DNA of 64,000 nucleotides, taken from Candidatus Berkelbacteria bacterium. GTDB taxonomy: Bacteria > Patescibacteriota > UBA1384 > DTJR01. Of the stretch, positions 46,408 through 54,790 are shown in pieces. The translations under genes were made by a program, and so were the position numbers. The notes under the pieces were generated by a model that saw only the letters and a program-made list of their open reading frames with translations, made no database searches and was not told where the DNA came from. The first letter of the stretch is position 1; every line of letters begins with the position of its first letter. The stretch lies in assembly GCA_029865605.1 (NCBI GenBank), contig JAOUGE010000004.1, positions 2,562 through 66,561 on the forward strand, read 5' to 3'.

Positions 46408-48918
46408 ATGGATAATTTTGACTTGAAGAAAGCTCGAAATTTCGGCAAATACCGATCGGGGAAGGCGATTGAGTCGTCTCCGGTCACGGTTTTTGTCGGA
46501 TTCTTATGGTTCGCGGCCCTTATTTCCGCTCTTGTCCTTATTGCAGGTAGATTTTTTGAACCCCTTGCTTTTCTCGTGAAGGCAGGCTTTCTTACTCTCG
46601 GATTTTCGTCCCTGATTCTCTTTTACCTCTCCTTTTTACGTGCCTTTTATGTCCCCAGGGTCTATATAGACTCGGGTAATGCCGCCGAAGCTTTAAGTCT
46701 GCCGGTTATGGAGATGTTGCTTGATAGTATTAATATTGCCCGAGAGAATCAGTTTGCCGAGATCTCGCCTGTTATTCTTCTGGCTGCTCTTGATAAAAAT
46801 CAAGACGGTAAATATCTCCTCTTACGTTGCGGCTTTGGCATTGAGAAAGACACCTCGGCTATTATTGCTCAAGAAGTAGCTTCTCTGCCAAAAGGGAAGG
46901 TCGCCGAACCGGCAATTTCGCAGTCGACTCTCTTGGTTATTGAAGCGGCAAGAAAAAATGCACAAGATAACTCCAGAGGCTCGGTTTCGTCAGGGGATAT
47001 CCTACTAGCCCTTATTCAAAAGAGCGATATTTTCAAAAAAATGATGTTTGAAATCAAAATCGAAGAGCAAGACATAAAACAGGTTGTCGAGTGGCACGAG
47101 ATGCTCAAGAACTATTCCGAAGAACTGAAAAAACCGTTTTTAAAAAAAGAGACGATTGAGGGCGGAATAGGTAGGGACTGGAGCTTTGGCTATACGGTCA
47201 CTCTTAACCAATTTGCTCGCAACCTCAACCTCCAGGTTCAAGGTATCGGAGCAGTTCATATCTACGGGAGAAGTCAGGTGGTAGACGAAATCGAACGGAT
47301 TTTAGCTAAGACCGGTGAGAACAACGTTCTTCTGATCGGGGATCACGGGATAGGTAAGAAGACGATCGTTAAAGGTTTTGCTACGAAAATTGTTCAAGGA
47401 AAAGTCCTGCCCTCCTTGCGCTATATGCAGATTTTTCATGTTGACACCGGAGCGGTTTTGTCCGGCTCAAGCAATCCGGGCGAGGTCGCCTTAAGGGTGA
47501 GGAAAATTTTTAATGAAGCCGCCCGGGCTGGCAACACGATTCTCTTTTTTGATAACTTTCACGCCTTGGTTTCCTCGGAAGAGGGTGTAGGCAAGGTTAA
47601 TACCTCCGAAATTATTCTCCCCTATCTTCAGGGAAATATTAACGTTATCGGCGCAACGACGCTTGAGGATTATCACAAGCATATCGAGGCTAACCCCGGA
47701 GTTGCGGCGGTTTTTAATCGTATTGAAGTTAAAGAACCCACCCAGCCGGAGACAATCCAGATTTTGGGAGAGGTTATTCCGATTATTGAACATCGCGACG
47801 GTGTCTTTTGGCCATATCAGGCAATCAAAGAAGTGGTCAGGGTTGCCGATCGCTACATTCACAACAAACCCTTTCCCCGCAAAGCGATTGAGATTGTTGA
47901 CGAGATATCGGTTGATGTAGCCAAATCGGGAGGAAAGGTAGTTCACCCGAAAACAATCGATGAGCTTGTAAGCCGCAAACTTGAAGTGCCAGTTTCTCAA
48001 GCGGAGGGGGAAGAAGCGCAGAAACTTATGCACCTTGAGGAATTTCTGCATAAGAGAGTTATCGGCCAGGACGAAGCGATTCAGGCAGTGGCTTCAGCAA
48101 TGCGCCGAGCTCGCTCCGGAATTCAGTCCAAGCAGCGGCCGATTGGCAACTTTTTGTTCTTGGGTCCAACGGGGGTGGGAAAAACTGAAACCTCAAAGGC
48201 ATTGGCCGAGGCCTATTTTGGCTCCGAAAAAAATATGATTAGAGTTGATATGAGCGAATTTCAGGAACAATCTTCAATTTACCGCCTGATCGGCTCTCCT
48301 CCCGCCGCCGGAGCCGAAGGCGAGAAAGGCCAGCTGACAACGGCCGTTGCCGACAATCCCTTTTCTCTGATTTTACTTGATGAAATCGAAAAGGCACACC
48401 ACGATATTTCGACGCTCTTTCTGCAGGTATTCGACGACGGTCGCTTAACTGACGGGACTGGCAGAACTATTGACTTTACTAACACGATTATTATTGCTAC
48501 CTCAAACGCGGGAAGCGAGCAAATAAGACAAAACCTGTTGCGGGGAGTTCACGGCGACCAAATGAAAAAATCGCTTTTAGAATTTTTGCAGCGCCAAGGA
48601 ATCTTCCGCCCCGAATTCTTAAACCGCTTTGACGCCGTTGTCGCTTTCCACCCCCTAACCAGAGAACAGATTAAGCAGGTGGCAGGACTAATGCTTAAGA
48701 GTCTGGCCGAGCGGATGGCTGAAAAGGAGATTACGATTGAGTTTACGCCGGCCGCGGTTGAAAAGTTAGCGGCGGTAGGCTTTGATCCCGTTTATGGCGC
48801 CCGCCCGATGCGCCGGGCTATTCAGGACAAGGTGGAAAATGTTTTGGCCAATAATATTTTGGCGGGTAAAATCGCCCGCGGCTCGAAGGTAATTTTGGAT
48901 GAGAAAGATATAGTGTGA
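46408..48918 (+). CDS. Clp/Hsp100-family AAA+ ATPase (ClpC/ClpB-like) with N-terminal transmembrane region
   Basis: Two TM helices at the N-terminus; Clp_N-like repeat; degenerate D1 Walker A (GDHGIGKKT); canonical D2 (LGPTGVGKTETSKALAE, sensor-2 GARPMRR). Confidence 0.7.
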   Translation: MDNFDLKKARNFGKYRSGKAIESSPVTVFVGFLWFAALISALVLIAGRFFEPLAFLVKAGFLTLGFSSLILFYLSFLRAFYVPRVYIDSGNAAEALSLPVMEMLLDSINIARENQFAEISPVILLAALDKNQDGKYLLLRCGFGIEKDTSAIIAQEVASLPKGKVAEPAISQSTLLVIEAARKNAQDNSRGSVSSGDILLALIQKSDIFKKMMFEIKIEEQDIKQVVEWHEMLKNYSEELKKPFLKKETIEGGIGRDWSFGYTVTLNQFARNLNLQVQGIGAVHIYGRSQVVDEIERILAKTGENNVLLIGDHGIGKKTIVKGFATKIVQGKVLPSLRYMQIFHVDTGAVLSGSSNPGEVALRVRKIFNEAARAGNTILFFDNFHALVSSEEGVGKVNTSEIILPYLQGNINVIGATTLEDYHKHIEANPGVAAVFNRIEVKEPTQPETIQILGEVIPIIEHRDGVFWPYQAIKEVVRVADRYIHNKPFPRKAIEIVDEISVDVAKSGGKVVHPKTIDELVSRKLEVPVSQAEGEEAQKLMHLEEFLHKRVIGQDEAIQAVASAMRRARSGIQSKQRPIGNFLFLGPTGVGKTETSKALAEAYFGSEKNMIRVDMSEFQEQSSIYRLIGSPPAAGAEGEKGQLTTAVADNPFSLILLDEIEKAHHDISTLFLQVFDDGRLTDGTGRTIDFTNTIIIATSNAGSEQIRQNLLRGVHGDQMKKSLLEFLQRQGIFRPEFLNRFDAVVAFHPLTREQIKQVAGLMLKSLAERMAEKEITIEFTPAAVEKLAAVGFDPVYGARPMRRAIQDKVENVLANNILAGKIARGSKVILDEKDIV

Positions 48919-48930
48919 TAAGTTTGATAT

Positions 48931-50844
48931 ATGTGGTTTATGCCAATCTTTAAGAAAAACCAGACAGTAAGGCTTATCGCTTTATTTATTTATTGTAGGA
49001 TAAAAACTGTCCTTTATTTATTTTATGCTAGCTTGTTGGTGTTGTGCACTTTTTTGCCTGCAAAAGCGCTTGCTCCGCTTATAACCGTAACTGAGCTTGA
49101 CTATCAAGCTGGTCAGGGATTAGGCCAGTGTTATCGAATGGATGGTGATTTGGATGGGGACGGAATAGATGATATTGTCTCTGGTCTAATAAGATGGCAA
49201 AGCACGAATGATACCGGGCGGATTCTTATCTATTGGGGTGGGGAAAATGTCTCTTCAACGCCAGATGTGGTTATTGACGGAGAAGCCGTCAACACTCGTT
49301 TTGGTGATGGCTTGAGCGTGGGAGATTTTAATGGCGACGGTATTGACGATCTGGCGTCAGGCGCAATCGAAACGGCTACTAACGATGGCAAGGTTTACGT
49401 TCTCTATGGCCGGTCACGTGCCGCCTGGTCATCTGTTACTAACGCTTCACAGGCGAATGTAAAAATTACCGGTGACACGGATAGCCACTTAGGCAATAAA
49501 GTGGGACTAGAGGGAGATATTAATGGCGATGGCTACAACGACCTTTTAATGGGGGCGGAATATTGGGGAGCAAGTGATCAGGGTAGGGCTTATATTTTGT
49601 TTGGCGAGGATAATGATTCAATTAATATCACTGTCGCTAACGTTGATGTCATTATTAATAATGATTTTGGAGCGGGGGTTTCGGCTTTGGGGGATGACGT
49701 TTATATTGCTGATGTTGCCGGTGATAGCTATCCGGATATTTTAATTTCTGTTGGAGATTGGTTAGATGGCGACGGCGGCCAATCAAGAGTGATAATATTT
49801 AACGGGTCGGCATCTTTCCCGACAGGGACTATCAATGCTTCTACAGCCAACGCAATAATTTTAGCTAACGGGAATACCGATTTTGAAGGGTTTGGTTATG
49901 CTGTTCGAGCCGGCGATGTCAATAGCGACGGCAAAAAAGATCTGCTTGTTGGCTCCGATCACTTTATAACTACGACAGGATTGCCCCGACTATCGATTTT
50001 TTACGGCGGGCCAGGTATATCTGGAACTATGTATGCAGTTACCGATGCCGATCAAGTGATAATCGGTGAAGCAGAGGGAGATTTGTTTTCGATGGCGATT
50101 ATGACTGGCGATATCAACAATGACGGTGTCGATGATATAGCAACAACTGCCTATTTTTACCCCACGCCGTGGGTCGGCCCGGGAAGATTGTATATTTTTT
50201 ACGGCGGGTCCGGGCTTGCAAGCAAAACAAATGCTTCTCAAGCTGATTATATTATGGAAAATCCTTTGGGAATCAGCTTGATGGGCTGGTGGGTTGCTGT
50301 GGGTGATATTAATAATGACGGCTGGGACGAAGTAGGCGAAGTATATATCAAGGAGTCTGGCGTGACGACCACCCTGCGCATTTTTGGCCTCTCTCATCTA
50401 TCGCCCGTGGTGACTATTAATAGTCCATCTATTAGTTACAGTGGAGGTCAAGCAGGGGTGCAATTTACAGGTAGTGCCACCGATCCTGATAGTGGAAACA
50501 TACAACGTGTCCAATATTCACTCGATGGTGGTTCCTGGCAGAGTGCTCTGCCGTCCGATGGTTCTTTTGGCTCGACTTCGGAAGATTATTACTTTGATCT
50601 GACCATCACCAGCAATGGTTCATATGGTGTGAGAGTTCGAGCGAGTGATTCGGAAAATGCAACCACCAGCGAAGCTAGCTATGCCGTTTCGAGTTTTGAT
50701 ATTAATGGCATTATTACTCAAGCTATTCAAACGGGCATTCTCCCCGAAACAGGCGCTGGTTCGGATTTAGAACCGGCCTTGGCTTTATTGATTTTACCCT
50801 TTGTTATAACCGGCTTTGTACTATACTTTCAAAAGTTGAGATAA
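48931..50844 (+). CDS. sortase-anchored surface protein with FG-GAP (integrin-alpha-like) repeats
   Basis: Signal peptide; repeated DxNGDGxDD FG-GAP motifs; C-terminal LPETG plus hydrophobic stretch plus KLR sorting signal. Confidence 0.75.
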   Translation: MWFMPIFKKNQTVRLIALFIYCRIKTVLYLFYASLLVLCTFLPAKALAPLITVTELDYQAGQGLGQCYRMDGDLDGDGIDDIVSGLIRWQSTNDTGRILIYWGGENVSSTPDVVIDGEAVNTRFGDGLSVGDFNGDGIDDLASGAIETATNDGKVYVLYGRSRAAWSSVTNASQANVKITGDTDSHLGNKVGLEGDINGDGYNDLLMGAEYWGASDQGRAYILFGEDNDSINITVANVDVIINNDFGAGVSALGDDVYIADVAGDSYPDILISVGDWLDGDGGQSRVIIFNGSASFPTGTINASTANAIILANGNTDFEGFGYAVRAGDVNSDGKKDLLVGSDHFITTTGLPRLSIFYGGPGISGTMYAVTDADQVIIGEAEGDLFSMAIMTGDINNDGVDDIATTAYFYPTPWVGPGRLYIFYGGSGLASKTNASQADYIMENPLGISLMGWWVAVGDINNDGWDEVGEVYIKESGVTTTLRIFGLSHLSPVVTINSPSISYSGGQAGVQFTGSATDPDSGNIQRVQYSLDGGSWQSALPSDGSFGSTSEDYYFDLTITSNGSYGVRVRASDSENATTSEASYAVSSFDINGIITQAIQTGILPETGAGSDLEPALALLILPFVITGFVLYFQKLR

Positions 50845-50866
50845 GAGGTCATGTGGCATATTTTAG

Positions 50867-50895
50867 TTGACACTGGGGCAGTTTTTTTGTATTCT
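50867..50895 (+). promoter_or_regulatory. near-consensus sigma70 promoter
   Basis: TTGACA-17-TATTCT, followed at 50901-50917 by the perfect palindrome GAAGCGTTTAACGCTTC at the predicted transcript start (operator-like). Confidence 0.5.
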
Positions 50896-50936
50896 TTCGT
50901 GAAGCGTTTAACGCTTCCACACCAAATCGGGAAGAG

Positions 50937-51380
50937 GTGAGAACCTTGAGTTGGGAGTGCCGAAAGTGCCTGGAGGCAGCGATCAAGGAGAACAGGAAGG
51001 CTAAGAAGCTCAACGGGCGTCAGACTCCCGAAGGGCGGGATGCCTATGAGCGGAAAGCTACCCTGGCGCTGCGTGCTCTCTCCCTTTGCACCTCCTGTAA
51101 GTCTGGAGAGGTGCTTAACATGCGGCCGCACAGGAAAGTGAAAAACGCGATCTCTGTGTTGGCCTGTGAGCCTCTTCGTGCAAGCGGCTTTGAGTGCAGC
51201 TTCCACCTTTGCGCAGATACTCTTCTCGAAGTCATTGAGGAAGAGTACGAAGGTCGCGAGGAAGACAAGCGCGATCTCTACGACCTGGTGAGAAGGGTAA
51301 TGCGTGAGGTGCTCGGTGTGGGTACAGGGCTCAGCGAGCCCAGACGGCAGCTTTATCGCCGTTATATCTTACATCCCTAG
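50937..51380 (+). CDS. hypothetical GC-rich gene (Cys-containing, 147 aa); start may instead be the TTG at 50946
   Basis: RBS GGAAGAGGTGA, own promoter and downstream hairpin terminator (51381-51409); ~60% GC versus ~40% background. Confidence 0.45.
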   Translation: MRTLSWECRKCLEAAIKENRKAKKLNGRQTPEGRDAYERKATLALRALSLCTSCKSGEVLNMRPHRKVKNAISVLACEPLRASGFECSFHLCADTLLEVIEEEYEGREEDKRDLYDLVRRVMREVLGVGTGLSEPRRQLYRRYILHP

Positions 51381-51467
51381 GCCCGCGGTTTCGGAGGAAA
51401 CGCGCGGGCCGGCCCCACTCTCTTTATAAGTTTTTCTCCTTTTGATAAAATATGTTTGTTTTGATGC

Positions 51468-51502
51468 GGGCGATTAGCTCAGCCGGTTAGAGTGCGTCAC
51501 TG
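51468..51502 (+). pseudogene. tRNA-Ile-like 5' half (acceptor, D-arm and 5' anticodon stem only)
   Basis: GGGCGATTAGCTCAGCCGGTTAGAGTGCGTCACTG is 31/35 identical to the 5' half of the downstream tRNA-Ile. It diverges exactly at anticodon position 34/35, and no cognate 3' acceptor strand lies within 110 nt. Confidence 0.5.
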
Positions 51503-51593
51503 CGCTTTGCGGGTGGAACGCAAAGCTGATGCGGTATGATGCGCCGTGGGAGTGGAACCCGCGGCTACACCTTGATAATTATGGTCTTTTGAG

Positions 51594-51670
51594 GGGCGTA
51601 TAGCTCAGCTGGTTAGAGCGCGTCACTGATAATGACGAGGTCCATGGTTCGAGTCCATGTACGCCCACCA
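51594..51670 (+). tRNA. tRNA-Ile (anticodon GAT)
   Basis: Clean cloverleaf: acceptor GGGCGTA/TACGCCC, anticodon stem CGTCA/TGACG with loop CTGATAA, T-loop TTCGAGT, encoded CCA. Confidence 0.9.
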
Positions 51671-51738
51671 AAAGACCATAAAATAATAATTCGGAGGTTC
51701 AGCCGATATTCATTGGAAAAATAATTGTCGGCGAGGTT

Positions 51739-51755
51739 TCCTCCATCGCCCACCA
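51739..51755 (+). repeat. copy 1 of TCCTCCATCGCCCACCA (tRNA 3' acceptor + CCA-like)
   Basis: ATCGCCC is the exact complement of the GGGCGAT acceptor of the 5' half at 51468, and is followed by A+CCA. GGAGG TTCA (51693) lies upstream, but no canonical T-arm forms. Confidence 0.5.
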
Positions 51756-51848
51756 GGATTGTTTTGGTGGTAAGGACTCGAAGGCCGGAGTGCGACGGCG
51801 CGAGGCGGGGTCGCGAGCAATTTCAGCAGAAATTGACTTGTGACCGAG

Positions 51849-51865
51849 TCCTCCATCGCCCACCA
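51849..51865 (+). repeat. copy 2 of TCCTCCATCGCCCACCA
   Basis: Identical 17-mer 110 nt downstream of copy 1; preceded by the long hairpin AGGACTCG...CGAGTCCT. Confidence 0.5.
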
Positions 51866-51870
51866 TTTTT

Positions 51871-52350
51871 ATGACTTTAACCGCACATGTAGCAACGGGT
51901 ATTGCCGTCGGTTCACTCACAGACAACTCCTCTGTGGGTTTTTTTGCTGGTTGGCTTACTCACCACGTAGTTGACGGTATTCCCCACAGCGACCCAGGTT
52001 CTTGGGGAGCGGTTGGCGAAAGTGTTTTTAAAAACAGAAGATCTTTGATTTGGACGGTCTGCGATATCACAATTGCCACAACTTTATTTTTCTTGTTTCT
52101 CTCACTCTCGGGCTTTTCCACAGTACTCTTTATTTCGGTGTTGGGTGCAGCCATACCCGATTTAATAGATAACTCTCCGTTTTGGAGTAAACCGTTAAGA
52201 AAACTGCCTCCCCTAAAGTGGTTTCATCAGTTCCATGAAGTTATTCACTATACCATTAAGGTTAAGAAATATCTCTGGCTGGGAATTATGACCCAAATTT
52301 TGATAATAATTGTATCTCTTGCCGCTTTTTTGCTGTCCTCGGCTCGTTAG
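51871..52350 (+). CDS. YdjM-like membrane-bound metal-dependent hydrolase (DUF457)
   Basis: His-rich N-terminus (GWLTHHVVDGIPHSDPG) and PDLIDNSP resembling the PDIDHP motif; multiple TM helices. Confidence 0.4.
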   Translation: MTLTAHVATGIAVGSLTDNSSVGFFAGWLTHHVVDGIPHSDPGSWGAVGESVFKNRRSLIWTVCDITIATTLFFLFLSLSGFSTVLFISVLGAAIPDLIDNSPFWSKPLRKLPPLKWFHQFHEVIHYTIKVKKYLWLGIMTQILIIIVSLAAFLLSSAR

Positions 52351-52449
52351 ATCGATTCCCTCGACAGAGTTTACCCTGTTAAAGCGAACTCTCTTTAATG
52401 GGGTTTACCTATTAGTTGGGATAATATATACTTGACTTAAGGACCGAAT

Positions 52450-54699
52450 ATGAGCCAAGAAGATCTTTTAGTTGCGAAAGATTATGTTATTAAGCTGCCT
52501 AGAGCGGTTGCTTTTGAACCGAAGGCGTTTAGCGAATTTTTGCGTACTACCTCAAGGATAATGAAAAACCTTCCCTTTGCTTTTCTTATGACGATGGAGG
52601 GAAAGAAAATTTATTACGGAATAAGATCTAACAGAAGCTATTATAATGTCATTGAAAATCAGCTTTACTCCGCCTTTCCTGGCGTTGAAGTGGAAGAAAC
52701 TGAAAGAGAGATGTTTTCGGGTAGGTTTGAAAACGGGGCCAGAGCAATCCTTTGGCTTAAGCACGGCGACTTTTATCCGTTTTTAAAACACGATCAGATT
52801 GAAGGGGATTTTCTGGCTGATTTCTATAACCAATTCACTCATCTTACAGCCCAAGATCAGTTTTATTTTCAGGTGAAGATTTGTCCTTTGGACTATAATC
52901 GGATGAGATTTTCCCTAGCGAGGAGTTTAAGACTGGGTATGAAAAGTCTTAGAGATAGAGTTAATATTATTGAGGCAGTAACCTCCAAAAAGGCTTCGGC
53001 CGGGGTAAAGAGAATGGCTTACGAAGCGGCCATTGAGAAAAACAAACAGCCTCTTTTTCTCTGCGAGATTGATTTGGTTGTTTACTCTGACAGTTATGAA
53101 ACGGCGAGATTGAAATTGGAGCCGATTGCCCATGTATTTCAGAAACTAGAGAGCGATTATAATGAGTTTTATTATAAAATTCAACCCCTAGCCGAGTCGG
53201 ATGTTGATGAACTAAGATCATTTAAATTCGGCCGCCAGGCGGTTTGTTTGGCACCGGACGAACTTTCCACGATCTACCACTTCCCGCCTCACACTGACCA
53301 GGTGCCCAATCTTTATAAAATTATGTCGCCCAAAGCCGAGCCGCCAATAGGGCTCCCGACTCCAGACAATACTCCACCCGAAGAGTTGTGCCTTTTTGCC
53401 CAAACTAACTATCGAAATATCAGGGAGATTTTTGGCATCAAACGCCGCGATCGCGTCCGCCACATGTATATGATTGGCAAGTCTGGCTCTGGCAAGTCTA
53501 AACTGATGGAGTTGATGATTAAAAACGACATCGAACAAGGCCATGGTGTTTGCGTGATTGACCCTCACGGCGACTTAATTGAGAATATTCTTCCTTTTGT
53601 CCCCGAGTCAAGAGTTAAAGACACGATCTATTTTAATCCGGTTGACGAGGAATATCCGATTTCTTTTAACCCGCTGGAAAAAGTTGACCGAATGTACCGC
53701 CAGCAGGTGGCGAGCGGCTTGATCGAAATATTTAAGAAGACCTTTGGCGCTAACTGGTCACCGCGGCTTGAGCATGTCTTGCGAATGACAATATTGGCTC
53801 TTCTTGATGCGCCCAGAGCTTCGGTGATGTCGATTCTCCTTCTTTTAACCGACAGGGAGTATAGGCAAGAAGTGATAAAAAATATTGAGGATCAAGTCGT
53901 CAAGAATTTCTGGACCAATGAATTTGCCAGCTGGAGCGAAAAGTTTGACAGCGAAGCGATTATGCCCGTTTTGAACAAAATCGGCCAGTTTGTATCAACT
54001 ACGGTTATTAGAAATATCGTTGGTCAGGAAGAAAACAAAATCAATATGAAAGATATTATGGATAATCGCAAGATTATTTTCGTTAAGCTCCCCAAGGGAG
54101 TGTTAAACGAAGAAAACACCTCGCTTCTTGGCGCAATGGTTATTACCAAAATCTATCAGAACGCTCTGGCCCGTTCGGAAGTTCCCGAGCACCAGCGAGT
54201 TCCATTCTATCTTTACGTTGACGAGTTTCAAAACTTTGCCACCGATACTTTTTCAAATATTCTGTCGGAGGCAAGAAAATATAAATTGAGTTTAACCCTG
54301 GCCCACCAGTATGTTTCGCAGCTAAGCGATCTTATTAAGAGAACGGTTTTTGGTAATGTCGGTTCGATTGTTTCGTTTAGAGTAGGCCCCGAGGACGCCT
54401 TGCTTTTAGCTAAAGAGTTTGAGCCGAGATTTACCGATGCTGATATTGTCAATCTTGGCGTGAGGGAAATTTATCTAAAACTTTCAATTGACGATGAGAT
54501 TAGAGAGGCCTTCTCGGCTAGAACCCTGGCAATGCCGCAGGTTGAGACGAGCTTCAAAGAGCAGATTGTTGCCTTCACCCGTGAGAATTACTGTCGCTCT
54601 AGAGAAACCGCCGAACATGAAATCAGCCGCGAAAAATCGAAAGAAATGGAAGTTCTTGATAAACTCAAAGGCGAAAACTTCTCCGCGCCGATTTTATAA
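52450..54699 (+). CDS. DUF87/HerA-FtsK-superfamily ATPase of the TraD/VirD4/TraG coupling-protein type
   Basis: Walker A MIGKSGSGKSKLM, CVIDPHGDL (the xIDPxGE/D motif of DUF87 and T4 coupling proteins), Walker B LYVDEFQNF, arginine finger region; 749 aa. Confidence 0.6.
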   Translation: MSQEDLLVAKDYVIKLPRAVAFEPKAFSEFLRTTSRIMKNLPFAFLMTMEGKKIYYGIRSNRSYYNVIENQLYSAFPGVEVEETEREMFSGRFENGARAILWLKHGDFYPFLKHDQIEGDFLADFYNQFTHLTAQDQFYFQVKICPLDYNRMRFSLARSLRLGMKSLRDRVNIIEAVTSKKASAGVKRMAYEAAIEKNKQPLFLCEIDLVVYSDSYETARLKLEPIAHVFQKLESDYNEFYYKIQPLAESDVDELRSFKFGRQAVCLAPDELSTIYHFPPHTDQVPNLYKIMSPKAEPPIGLPTPDNTPPEELCLFAQTNYRNIREIFGIKRRDRVRHMYMIGKSGSGKSKLMELMIKNDIEQGHGVCVIDPHGDLIENILPFVPESRVKDTIYFNPVDEEYPISFNPLEKVDRMYRQQVASGLIEIFKKTFGANWSPRLEHVLRMTILALLDAPRASVMSILLLLTDREYRQEVIKNIEDQVVKNFWTNEFASWSEKFDSEAIMPVLNKIGQFVSTTVIRNIVGQEENKINMKDIMDNRKIIFVKLPKGVLNEENTSLLGAMVITKIYQNALARSEVPEHQRVPFYLYVDEFQNFATDTFSNILSEARKYKLSLTLAHQYVSQLSDLIKRTVFGNVGSIVSFRVGPEDALLLAKEFEPRFTDADIVNLGVREIYLKLSIDDEIREAFSARTLAMPQVETSFKEQIVAFTRENYCRSRETAEHEISREKSKEMEVLDKLKGENFSAPIL

Positions 54700-54719
54700 G
54701 TTATTATCTTATTTGCGGG

Positions 54720-54776
54720 TTTAGCGAGTTTTTCGGGTTTGAAATTCTAACTCGCTAAATAAATAACTCGCTAAAT
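54720..54776. promoter_or_regulatory. TTAGCGAGTT / AACTCGCTAA inverted and direct repeats upstream of paralog C1
   Basis: TTTAGCGAGTT (54720-54730) pairs with AACTCGCTAAA (54749-54759); a second AACTCGCTAAAT lies at 54765. Two more TTAGCGAGTT copies follow C1 at 56521-56540. Confidence 0.4.
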
Positions 54777-54790
54777 AGAAAAATTGAAGA

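Noticed and set aside
51468-51575. Annotating the first tRNA-like element as an intact tRNA-Ala or tRNA-Ile
   Set aside because: No strand complementary to the GGGCGAT acceptor exists within ~110 nt. The anticodon stem cannot close, and the sequence after position 34 forms an unrelated hairpin. It is listed as a fragment instead.
51699-51926. 75-aa minus-strand ORF spanning the TCCTCCATCGCCCACCA repeats
   Set aside because: It is antisense to tRNA-like repeat sequences and the start of the next gene, has no RBS and gives an implausible product.
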